64,000 nt of DNA, taken from contig OZ076409.1 in assembly GCA_964187785.1 (NCBI GenBank), forward strand, positions 73,596,001 to 73,660,000, given 5' to 3'. This document shows, piece by piece, positions 1 to 11,592 of this stretch (the first letter of the stretch is position 1; the number at the start of each line of letters is the position of its first letter). The notes under the pieces are model-generated. The model did no database searches. It worked only from the letters and a program-made list of their open reading frames with translations, and was not told the origin of the DNA. Position numbers and translations under genes: made by a program. The DNA comes from Amphiscolops sp. MND2022. Taxonomy: Eukaryota.

Positions 1-1639
1 TCTGGTTTTCATCCCCAAACCCCCCTTGAGACCAAAATTCAAACAAACATTTTACCTCTATTTGTCGTTTTTTTCACAAAATGTCGTCATTTCTATCGGC
101 AAAGATTTGAATTAGGGGCTCCTAATAGCGTACCAAAGTTCAAGTACACTTGGAGTGCAATTGAGTGACCCTTTTTGGGCCTCTCGTGTGTTCGGCAATG
201 ACCGGAAGTGGTATAAACCCCCCTTTTTTGACGTTTGTTGACCTTGAGACTCGCGCTTAGATGACGTTTGTGTCGCGCAAATCCTACAAACCAGTATTAG
301 GATGACATGCTAGCCAACTAGAGAGCAATAAGGGAAACTATACTATACCGGAAGTAACCCCCTCTTGACCGGAAGTTGTCATTTTTGACCGGAAATGGTC
401 CAAAACCTAGCGTGAAAGCAGTTTTTCATTGCTTTTAATGTCAACTTAATACTTTTTTCACTCTGCGCGAGCTTGCCTTCAGGTCCGTTAGTGTTGCCCG
501 TGCACACTGCAACAAATATACATCTGTAAAGATTTGGCTATAATTTCGTCGGAGAGAGAAATAACGGATTTTTGTGATTTTTTTTCAAAAATATTAGTCT
601 TTATCTGTCATTTTTACTCAACGTTATTGAACAGTAGAACCACAGGTGTTAGTCTCTGCACAAATATATGTCTAACAAAAGCACTTGTTCCATTGGTTGC
701 AGTTTGAGCGATCTAGTTTTGCCTCGTCACAAGTTAGGGGACTTGAAAAACTTTCAAAATCTTTTCCGAACTTTTTTCTAAACGTCACGTCTCTCAAAGT
801 TAAGAAACTTCCTCACAACTAGGACTGCAAGTGAATGCATGTGGTAAGACCTATAAATGGAGAGAAAAACTCCGTTTAGGACGTCTCTTTATCTTAACGT
901 GACGCTAAGAGATGTTGCTTTGAATGTGAGTTTGATAATGCGTCGAGAAGTAAAAGCGTGTAAATGGAACCTTTGTCTCGATAAATACTCATTGCACAAC
1001 ACGCGATGAACCCCAATTACCCTCAGTTTCAGTTGTTTAGTACATCAACGTCTTCCAAAGACCTTTTATCTATTTTGAAAAGTGTCGAAATCAATATTGA
1101 TATCAGTTATCATGAAACACTTGAGTACATTCTCATCTCTCCCCATCGGGTGAGATGAGAATGTTCTTGCTAAAAGCCAGGTACTACGGCTCCCTTTTGT
1201 TTTAATACGATGCATTCTCTGCTTTAGCACATATATATTTTATTTCGCCTGATTGCTTGTATACTCTCTGACTTGTTGTTATAAATCTCTCGTCATTACT
1301 TTACATAAATATACAACCAAAAATCATTATCGTCAACGCCACATACATTTAGACGCCCACCATTCCGTAGGTATGTCGAGGCATACCTTTCGATTACGTA
1401 TGTCAAAACGCAAACGCGATAAAAAGTGCTGAAAGTCTGAAACAGTGACAAACAATTTAGACTATTTGACATATGGTAGGTTTTAATATGGGAGTTACAC
1501 ATCACTGACATTTCACATCATTCCAGCTGACGCCCACATACCAACATCAACGCCCACCGTCCGTGGGCATGCCGAGGCATGCCCTTCGACGACGTATGCC
1601 AATTTCTGCATATCTACACTCAATTGCGGTAGCAGCTAG
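1..1639 (+). mobile_element. Non-autonomous unit, subfamily C (5' part outside window)
   Basis: Matches the 3' 1.6 kb of 5811-8008 and 9398-11592. Ends with the palindromic box and CTAG. Confidence 0.8.
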
Positions 1640-2706
1640 GTGGTCGGGTATTTTTTTTTACTCGTAGATGGCGTTTGCGAGGCTTTGGGGAGGGCCCCGT
1701 GCCGAGCCTGTACCGAAATTTACCACATACCAGAAGTGTCCGATTTAATCGAGATCTCAAAAACTAACCGTTAGAATTCTCTGATTTTTTGCATGTGGCC
1801 CCTAATCAATGAGTAATGAAAAAGTGTAGTAGTGACGGTTGCTGAAAAACTTGTCTTTGTTGCACTTTTTGCGCAATTTTTGTCGCATTGTTGCGTTTTT
1901 TATGTCATTTTCGACTTTTCAAGCAAAAAACTCATAGATACTTTGTTCCTAGCGTATCAAGTGTGGAGCACGAAAAGTTGCAGCATCTTCCATTACGTAT
2001 GCTGAGAAAATTTGGTTGCAATCGGATTACCCCCCACAGAGAGAGAGGGGTGCATCCGGGTTTTTTTGACCCCTAAATTTGGGAAATTGCTAATTTTCGT
2101 AATAAAGCCGTAGATTTAGCGCGTGCACACCCTGCTGACGATTTGTTAGGCAATTTGAGATAGATCCGATGACATGCGTTGAGTTCACCCCCATCACCCC
2201 CTTGACCGGAAATGAACGTTTTTGGGCACTTTCAGACCGGAAGTCTCCATTTTCACCGGTAAGGAGGCATTGTACGAGCAACTAGCAGGATATCAAAAGT
2301 GAACTATAACCTGGGGTCAACTTAATGACCGCGTGTTGTCCAGTCATGGGTTTCGCTATGACCGGAAATGGGCTTAAAACCCCCTTTTGGTAGTATTTTT
2401 ATCAATTTTCCTTGTGTTTGGTCCACATTCAAGTTGCGTAAGTCAGTTGAACCAGTGAGAGCATAAAATATATATTCACTGCGTAGTCGTAACTGACACT
2501 GCCAGATACCGGAAGTAACCCCCTGTGACCGGAAGAGGTCAATTTTGACCGGAAATGGTCCAAAAAGTAGCGTAAATGCAGTTTTCAATGCTTTTTAAGG
2601 TCAAGTTATTAGTATTTTTCAATTTGAATGCTTTTTTCCACGCAAAAAGCTAACATCGTTGCATGTTTTGCTGAAGATCGGAAAAGTGATCACCATTATC
2701 ACCCCC

Positions 2707-2749
2707 GATAGCCTTTCAAGTTGACCTTTGGTCAATCTTGAAGGCTATC
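2707..2749. other. Long subterminal hairpin, class I (example copy)
   Basis: GATAGCCTT..AAGTTGAC-loop-GTCAA..TT..AGGCTATC, seen in A, B (5459-5501) and J (27427-27470) units. Confidence 0.85.
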
Positions 2750-2949
2750 TGTTATGAAAACGAAAAATAGTGGAATTTCGTTTCCTCCTTTCTCTTGATA
2801 TTTTTCCTTCAAGTCAATTTGTCAAAAGGAAGACATTTGTTCAACTGAGTTATCTGAATCCTGTCCAGAGGTGTCACCCGGACGAATACCATTTCAAGCT
2901 GAAGTACACAAATCAGGGTAGTATTAGACATCACAAACTCCTACCAACT

Positions 2950-2995
2950 CCCACCGTCTGTGGGCATGCCGAGGCATGCCCTTCGACGACGTATG
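2950..2995 (+). other. Conserved 3'-subterminal palindromic box (example copy; present in 27 of 37 unit ends)
   Basis: CCCACCGTCYGTGGGCATGCCGAGGCATGCCCTTCGACGACGT, with a perfect 9-bp stem GGGCATGCC-GA-GGCATGCCC (2962-2981). In the copies measured it ends 39-55 nt before the unit end. Confidence 0.85.
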
Positions 2996-4421
2996 CCAAA
3001 TAGCGCCACAGGGCGCCCACACTTTTGCTAGGTGGTCGGGTATTTTTTTTTACTCGTAGATGGCGTTTGCGAGGCTTTGGGGAGGGCCCCGTGCCGAGCC
3101 TGTACCGAAATTTACCACATACCAGAAGTGTCCGATTTAATCGAGATCTCAAAAACTAACCGTTAGATTTCTCTGAAATTTTGCATGTGGCCCCTAATCA
3201 AGGAGTAATGAAAAAGTGTAGAAGTGACGGTTGCTGAAAAACTTGTCTTTGTTGCACTTTTTGCGCAATTTTTGTCGCATTGTTGCGTTTTTTATGTCAT
3301 TTTCGACTTTTCAAGCAAAAAACTCATAGATGCTTTGTTCCTAGCGTACCAAGTGTGGAGCACGAAAAGTTGCAGCATCTTCCATTACGTATGCTGAGAA
3401 AATTTGGTTGCCCTCGGATTACCCCCCACAGAGATAGAGGGGTGCATCCGGGTATTTTTGACCCCTGAATTTGGGAAATTGCTAATTTCCGTAATAAAGC
3501 CGTAGATTTAGCGCGTGCACACCCTGCTGACGATTTGTTAGGCATTTTGAGATCAATCCGATGACATGCGTTGAGTTCACCCCCATCACCCCCTTGACCG
3601 GAAATGAACGTTTTTGTGCATTTTCAGACCGGAAGTCTCCATTTTCACTGGTAAGGAGGCATTGTACGAGCAACTAGCAGGAACTCAAAAGTGAAGTATA
3701 ACCTGGGGTCAACTTAATGACCACGTGTTGTCCAGTCATGGGTTTCGCTATGACCGGAAATGTGCTTAAAACCCCCTTTTGGTAGTATTTTTATCAATTT
3801 TCCTTGTGTTTGGTCCACATTCAAGTTGCGTAAGTCAGTTGAACCAGTGAGAGCATAAAATATATATTCACTGCGTAGTCGTAACTGACACTGCCAGATA
3901 CCGGAAGTAACCCCCTGTGACCGGAAGAGGTCAATTTTGACCGGAAATGGTCCAAAAAGTAGCGTAAATGCAGTTTTCAATGCTTTTTAAGGTCAAGTTA
4001 TTAGTATTTTTCAATTTGATTGCTTTTTCCCACGCAAAAAGCTAACATCGTTGCATGTTTTGCTGAAGATCGGAAAAGTGATCACCATTATCACCCCCGA
4101 TAGCCTTTCAAGTTGACCTTTGGTCAATCTTGAAGGCTATCTGTTCTGAAAACAAAAAATAGTGGAATTTTGTTTCCTCCTTTCTCTTGATATTTTTCCT
4201 TCCAGTCAATTTGTCAAAAGAAAGACATTTGTTCAACTGAGTGATCTGAATCCTGTCCAGAGGTGTCACCCGGACGAATACCATTTCAAGCTGAAGTACA
4301 CAAATCAGGGTAGTATTAGACATCACACACTCCTACCAACTCCCACCGTCTGTGGGCATGCCGAGGCATGCCCTTCGACGACGTATGCCAAATAGCGCTA
4401 CAGGGCGCCCACATTTGCTAG

Positions 4422-5810
4422 GTGGTTGGGGCGGTCCCCAGAACGCACAAGGAGGCGCGGGGAGGGTCCTGCGCCGACGTAGAATAATTTCATATAATAC
4501 TAGTATCCTACATGGGTGTTTTAGAGGCGATTTTGGAATCTAACCGTAGGATTTGGATAATTTTTTGCATGCGGCCATAACTCGAAATTCTAAGAACTTT
4601 TTCCTACTGTCATTTTCCCCGCAAATTGTTTTTTGTTGACTTATGGCCGAAAAACCGGAAATAACGTCCTTTTTAGACGTTATATCCGAAGTGTCGTCAT
4701 AACTTTTTTCCAGGGCATGCTAGCGTTCTCGTTCACTCTTACACTTAGTTGCAGCATCTCAAAATACAACTGGTGGAAAATTTTGGTTGCATTCGGATCA
4801 CCCCCCACCGAGATAGAAGGGTTCCCCCCTCCAGTTTTACCCCCCAAATTTGCAAAATAGCCAATTTTGAGCATGAAGCCGAGGATTTAGCGTACCCATA
4901 CCCTCCTGATGTTTTGTTGTACGTATTGGGGTCAATCTGACGACATGTGTGGTTTTCACCCCCAACCCCCCCTTGGACCGGAAATGACACTTTTTTGTGT
5001 TTTTTGGCAGAATTTAGCCTTTTTCATTATTAGGCAGTCGTTTTAGGGACTCCTAGCAGGATATCGAAATTGAAATACAACCTGATCACAACCCAGTGAC
5101 AACATAGTGGCCACTTGGAGGTATCATCATGACCGGAAGTGGGGTCAACCCCCCTTTTTGTGACCGCTTTTTGACCTTGTGCACCAAAATGCCAACATCT
5201 TGAGGCCTAATGAGGCATTCAAATCTGTACCAAGATAAAATGTTAGACAACCGAAGTCCCGGAAGATCTTTAGCATATACCGGAAGTTACCCCCCATGAC
5301 CGGAAGTTACCCAATGTGACCGGAAATGGTCCAAAAATTAATGTAAAGTTGAATTTTTTACTATTTCAAGACCACTTAATTGAAACTTTTCAATCTATAA
5401 ACTAGCGTACTGGCTTGTTTTGCTGAATTTATGGAAATTGATGAGCTCTATCGCCCCCGATAGCCTTCGAAGTTGACCTTGCGTCAACTTTGTAGGCTAT
5501 CGATAAAGAATAAGAAACAACAAAGTACATTGTTGCTCTCGTTTTTTTCCCGTTGTTTTTCCTCAAACATTCTTGAGACATATACATGGCCGTTAGTTGA
5601 AATCAATATTTAGCCCATGTTATAGCTGGAGCAGCGAAGCGTTACACAGACTAGTGTGGTTTTGAAATCACACTATTTAAATTAACAACTGACCGTCTTA
5701 GTCAACTCCACACATTCATACCAACGCCCACCGTCTGTGGGCATGCCGAGGCATGCCCTTCGACGACGTATGACGAATCCACTCCAACGACACCCGCAGT
5801 CCTCAGCTAG
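4422..5810 (+). mobile_element. Non-autonomous unit, subfamily B
   Basis: 1389 bp. Same family as 8009-9397, 11593-12978 and 12979-14367. Confidence 0.85.
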
Positions 5811-8008
5811 GTGGATGGTATTTTATAACAATTAAAGTGTTTTTTTCCGGAGTTTGTGGCTTTGGAAAAAACAAAAGGCGAGAAATTGGGCCCTCCAGGC
5901 TGAACCTAAAAACACCTTAAAATTCGCCCAATATTTATACGATCTCGAAACCCAGCCGTACGATTTGGCTGAAAATTTGCATGTGGCTAAAAAATCAGAT
6001 TCTAAGAACTATTTCCTGCTGACATTTTTTTGAAATTTTTGTGTACGTTTCCCCCCCGCCCCCTAAAGAGGTCAATTTTCCTCAATTTTGCACTTATGAG
6101 TCAAATTCTCAAAACTGGTGGATCTGAGCGTATTCCCGGCGGGGACAACTTTTAACAAGCGCTCTTCAGTAGACCTTTTTGACTTTTTACTTTGGTGGTA
6201 CGTTCACCCCCCAAGCAGGAAATGGCGTTTTTGTGACTTCCGGTCGAGACTTTTTTCACCCAAAAAATCGAAATAAGCCAGTTTTGAGCAGGAAGGAGTG
6301 GATTTAAAGTGTCTGTACCCTGCTTAACATTTGTTGGGCTTGTAGCGATATATCTCATACCAAGTCTGGTTTTCACCCCCAAACCCCCCTCGAGACCAAA
6401 AATCACCCAAACGTTTTACCTCTATTTGTAGTTTTTTTCACAAAATGTCGTCATTTCCATCGGTAAAGATTTGAATTAGGGGCTCGTAATAGGGTACCAA
6501 AATTCAAGTACACTTGGAATGCAACTGAGTGACCCTTTTTGGGCCTCTCGTCTGTTCGGCAATGACCGGAAGTGGCGTAAACCCCCCTTTTTTGACGTTT
6601 GTTGACCTTGAGACTCGCGCTTAGATGACGTTTATGTCGCGCAAATCCTACAAACCAGTATTAGGATGACATGCTAGCCAACTAGAGAGCAATAGGGGAA
6701 ACTATACTATACCGGAAGTTACCCCCCTTGACCGGAAGTTGTCATTTTTGACCGGAAATGGTCCAAAAAATAGCGTGAAAGAAGATGTTCATGGCTTTTG
6801 AAGTCAACTTATTGTTTTTTTCACTCTGCACGAGCTTGCCTTCAGGTTCGTTAGTGTTGTCCGTGCACACTGCAACAAATATACATTAGTAAAATTTTCG
6901 CTATAACCTCGTCGGAGAGAGAAATAACGGGTTTTTGGGATTTTTTTTCAAAAATATTAGTCTATATCTGTCAATTTTACCCAACGTTATTGAACAGTAG
7001 AACCACAGGGGTTTGTCTCTGCCCAAATATATGCCTAACAAAACCACTTGTCCCATTGGTTGCAGTTTGAGCGTTCTAGTTTTGCCTGGTCACAAGTTAG
7101 GGGACTTGAAAAAGTTTCAAAATTATTTCCGAAATTTTTTTTCTAATCGTCACCTCTCCCAAAGTTAAGGAACTTCCTCACAACTCGGACTGCAGGTGAA
7201 TGCATGTGGTAAGACCTATAATTGGAGAGAAAAACTCCATTTAGAAAGTCTCTTTATCGTAACGTGACGTTAAGAGATGTTGCTTTGAATGTGAGTTTGA
7301 TAATGCGTCGAGAAGTAAGTGTGTAAATCGAACCTTTGTCTCGATAAATACTCATCGCAATACATGCGATGAACCCCAATTACCCTCAGTTTCAGTTGCT
7401 TAGTACAACAACGTCTTCCAAGGACCTTTTATCTATTTTGAAAAGTGTCGAAATCATTATTAATATCAGTTAGCGAGAAACAATTGAGTACATTCTCATC
7501 TCTCCCCCCATCGGGTGAGATGAGAATGTTCCTGCTAAAAGCCAGGTACTACGTCCCATTTTTGTTTTATTGCGACGCATTCTGTGCTTTAGCACACAGA
7601 TACTTCTATTCCGTCTCACTTTTTGTATACACTCTGACTTGTTGTTATAAATTTCTCGTCATTACTTTACATAAACTTACTACCCTACAACTTTAACGTC
7701 AAAGCCACATTCATTTAGACGCCCACAATTCCGTAGGTATGCCGATGTATGCCTTTCAAAGACGTATGTCAAAAAGCAAACGCAATTTAAAGTGCTGAAA
7801 CTCTGAAATAGGGACAAAAAATTTTGACTATTTGACATTTGGTAGGTTTTTATATGAAACTTTTACATCACTGTCATTTCAAAACATTCCAGCTGACGCC
7901 TACGTACAAACATCAACGCCCACCGTCCGTGGGCATGCCGAGGCATGCCCTTCGACGACGTATGCCAAACAACCATCCCTATCTACACCCAATTGCGGTA
8001 GCTGTTAG
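5811..8008 (+). mobile_element. Non-autonomous unit, subfamily C (2.2 kb, TTAG end)
   Basis: Copy of 9398-11592. The end reads GCTGTTAG|GTG. Confidence 0.85.
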
Positions 8009-9397
8009 GTGGTTGGGGCGGTCCCCAGAACGCACAAGGAGGCGCGGGGAGGGTCCTGCGCCGACGTAGAATAATTTCATATAATACTAGTATCCTACAT
8101 GGTTGTTTTAGAGGCGATTTTGGAATCTAACCGTAGGATTTGGATAATTTTTTGCATGCGGCCATAACTCGAAACTCTAAGAACTTTTTCCTACTGTCAT
8201 TTTCCCCGCAAATTGTTTTTTGTTGACTTATGGCCGAAAAACCGGAAATAACGTCCTTTTTAGACGTTATATCCGAAGTGTCGTCATAACTTTTTTCCAG
8301 GGCATGCTAGCGTTCTCGTTCACTTTTACACTTAGTTGCAGCATCTCAAAATACAACTGGTGGAAAATTTTGGTTGCATTCGGATCACCCCCCACCGAGA
8401 TAGAAGGGTTCCCCCCTCCAGTTTTACCCCCCAAATTTGCAAAATAGCCAAATTTGAGCATGAAGCCGAGGATTTAGCGTACCCGCACTCTCCTGATGTT
8501 TTGTTGTACGTATTGGGGTCAATCTGACGACATGTGTGGTTTTCACCCCCAACCCCCCCTTGGACCGGAAATGACACTTTTTTGTGTTTTTTGGCAGAAT
8601 TTAGCCTTTTTCATTATTAGGCAGTCGTTTTAGGGACTCCTAGCAGGATATCGAAATTGAAATACAACCTGATCACAACCCAGTGACAACATGTTGGCCA
8701 CTTGGAGGTATCATCATGACCGGAAGTGGGGTCAACCCCCCTTTTTGTGACCGCTTTTTGACCTTGTGCACCAAAATGCCAACATCTTGAGGCCTAATGA
8801 GGCATTCAAATCTGTACAAAGATAAAATGTTAGACAACCGAAGTCCCGGAAGATCTTTAGCATATACCGGAAGTTACCCCCCATGACCGGAAGTTACCCA
8901 ATGTGACCGGAAATGGTCCAAAAATTAATGTAAAGTTGAATTTTTCACTATTTCAAGACCACTTAATTGAAACTTTTCAATCTCAAAACTAGCGTACTGG
9001 CTTGTTTTGCTGAATTTATGGAAATTGATGAGCTCTATCGCCCCCGATAGCCTTCGAAGTTGACCTTGCGTCAACTTTGGAGGCTATCGATAAAGAAAAA
9101 TGAACAACAAAGTACATTGTTGCTCTCGTTTTTCTCCCGTTGTTTTTCCTCAAACATTCTTGAGACATATACATGGCCGTTAGTTGAAATCAATATTCAG
9201 CCCATGTTATAGCTGGAGCAGCGAAGCGTTACACAGACTAGTGTGGTTTTGAAATCACACTATTTATATTAACAACTGACCGTCTTAGTCAACTCCACAC
9301 ACTCATACCAACGCCCACCGTCTGTGGGCATGCCGAGGCATGCCCTTCGACGACGTATGACGAATCCATTCCAACGACACCCGCAGTCCTCAGCTAG
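8009..9397 (+). mobile_element. Non-autonomous unit, subfamily B
   Basis: Copy of 4422-5810. Confidence 0.85.
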
Positions 9398-11592
9398 GTG
9401 GAGGTTATTTTATAATAATTAAAGTGTTTTTTTCCGGAGTTTGTGGCTTTGGAAAAAACAAAAGGCGAGAAATTGGGCACTCCGGGCTGAACCGTATACA
9501 CTCAAAATTCGCCCAATATTTATACGATCTCGAAACCCAGCCGTACGATTTGGCTGAAAATTTGCATGCGGCTAAAGAATCAGATTCTAAGAATTATTTC
9601 CTGCTGACATTTTTTTGAAATTTTTGTGTACGTTTCCCCCCCGCCCCCTAAAGGGGTCAATTTTCCCCAATTTTGCACTTATGAGTCAAATTCTCAAAAC
9701 TGGTGGATCTGAGCGCATTCCCGACGGGGACAACTTTTAACAAGCGCTCTTCAGTAGACCATTTTGAATTTTTACTTTGGTGGTACGTTCACCCCCCAAG
9801 GAGGAAATGGCGTTTTTGTGACTTCCGGTCGAGACTTTTTTCACCCAAAAAATAGAAATAAGCCAGTTTTGAGCAGGAAGGAGTGGATTTAAAGTGTCTG
9901 TACCCTGCTAAAAATTTGTTGGGCTTGTAGCGATATATCTCATACCAAGTCTGGTTTTCACCCCCAAACCCCCCTTGGGACCAAAATTCACCCAAACTTT
10001 TTTTACCTCTGTTTGTAGTTTTTTTTGCAAAATGTCGTCATTTCCATGGGTAAGGAGTTGAATTAGGGGCTCCTAATAGGGTACCAATGTTCAAGTACAC
10101 TTGCAGTGCAACTGAGTGACCCTTTTGGGGCCTCTCCTGTGTTCGGCAAGGACCGGAAGTGAGGTAAACCCCCCTTTTTTGACGTTTGTTGACCTTGAGA
10201 CTCGCGCTTAGATGACGTTTATGTCGCGCAAATCCTACAAACCAGTATTAAGATGACATGCTAGCCAACTAGAGAGCAATAAGGGAAACTATACTATACC
10301 GGAAGTAACCCCCTCTTGACCGGAAGTTGTCATTTTTGACCGGAAATGGTCCAAAACCTAGCGTGAAAGCAGTTTTTCATTGCTGTTAAAGTCAACTTAT
10401 TACTTTTTTTCACTCTGCGCGAGCTTGCCTTCAGGTTCGTTAGTGTTGCCCGTGCACACTGCAACAAATATACATCTGTAACATTTTCGCTATAATATCG
10501 TCGGAGAGAGAAATAACGGGTTTTTGGGATTTTTTTCAAAAATATTAGTCTTTATCTGTCATTTTTACCCAACGTCGTTATTGAACAGTAGAACCATAGG
10601 GGTTAGTCTTTGCCCAAATATATGCCTAACACAAGCACTTGTCCCATTGGTTGCAGTTTGAGCGTTCTAGCTTTGCCTGGTCACAAGTTAGGGGACTTGA
10701 AAAACTTTCAAAATCATTTCCGAAATTTTTTTCTATACGTCACGTCTCCCAAAGTTAAGAAACTTCCTCACAACTAGGACTGCAAGTGAAAGCATGTGGT
10801 AAGACCTATAAATGGAGAGAAAAACTCCGTTTAGAACGTCTCTTTATCGTAACGTGACGTTAAGAGATGTTGCTTTGAATGTGAGTTTGATAATGCGTCG
10901 AGAAGTAAAAGTGTGTAAATGGAACCTTTGTCTCGATAAATACTCATCGCAATACATGCGATGAACCCCAATTACCCTCAGTTTCAGTTGCTTAGTACAT
11001 CAACGTCCTCCAAGGACCTTTATCTATTTTGAAAAGTGTCGAAATCATTATTAAAATCAGTTATCAAGAAACACTTGAGTACATTCTCATCTCTCCCCAT
11101 CGGGTGAGATGAGAATGTTCTTGCTAAAAGCCAGGTACTACGGCCCCCTTTTGTTTTGATGCGATGCATTCTCTGCTTTAGCACATAGATATTTTATTTC
11201 GCCTCATTGTTTGTATACTCTCTGACTTGTTGTTATAAATCTCTCGTCATTACTTTACATAAATATACAACCGAAAATCATCATCGTCACGCCACATACA
11301 TTTAGACGCCCACCATTCCGTAGGTATATCGAGGCATACCTTTCGATTACGAATGTCAAAACGCAAACGCGATAAAAAGTGCTGAAAGTCTGAAACAGTG
11401 ACAAACACTTTTGACTATTTGACATATGGTAGGTTTTAATATGGGAGTTACACATCACTGACATTTCACATCATTCCAGCTGACGCCCACATACCAACAA
11501 CAACGCCCACCGTCCGTGGGTATGCCGAGGCATGCCCTTCGACGACGTATGCCAATTTCTGTAAATCTACACCCAATTGCGGTAGCGGCTAG
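9398..11592 (+). mobile_element. Non-autonomous unit, subfamily C
   Basis: Copy of 5811-8008. Confidence 0.85.

Larger units (their letters stand above)
1640..4421 (+). mobile_element. Two non-autonomous units, subfamily A (1640-3031, 3032-4421)
   Basis: Near-identical ~1.39-kb copies with GTGGTCGGG start, GATAGCC-class hairpin, 3' box and CTAG end. Confidence 0.85.
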
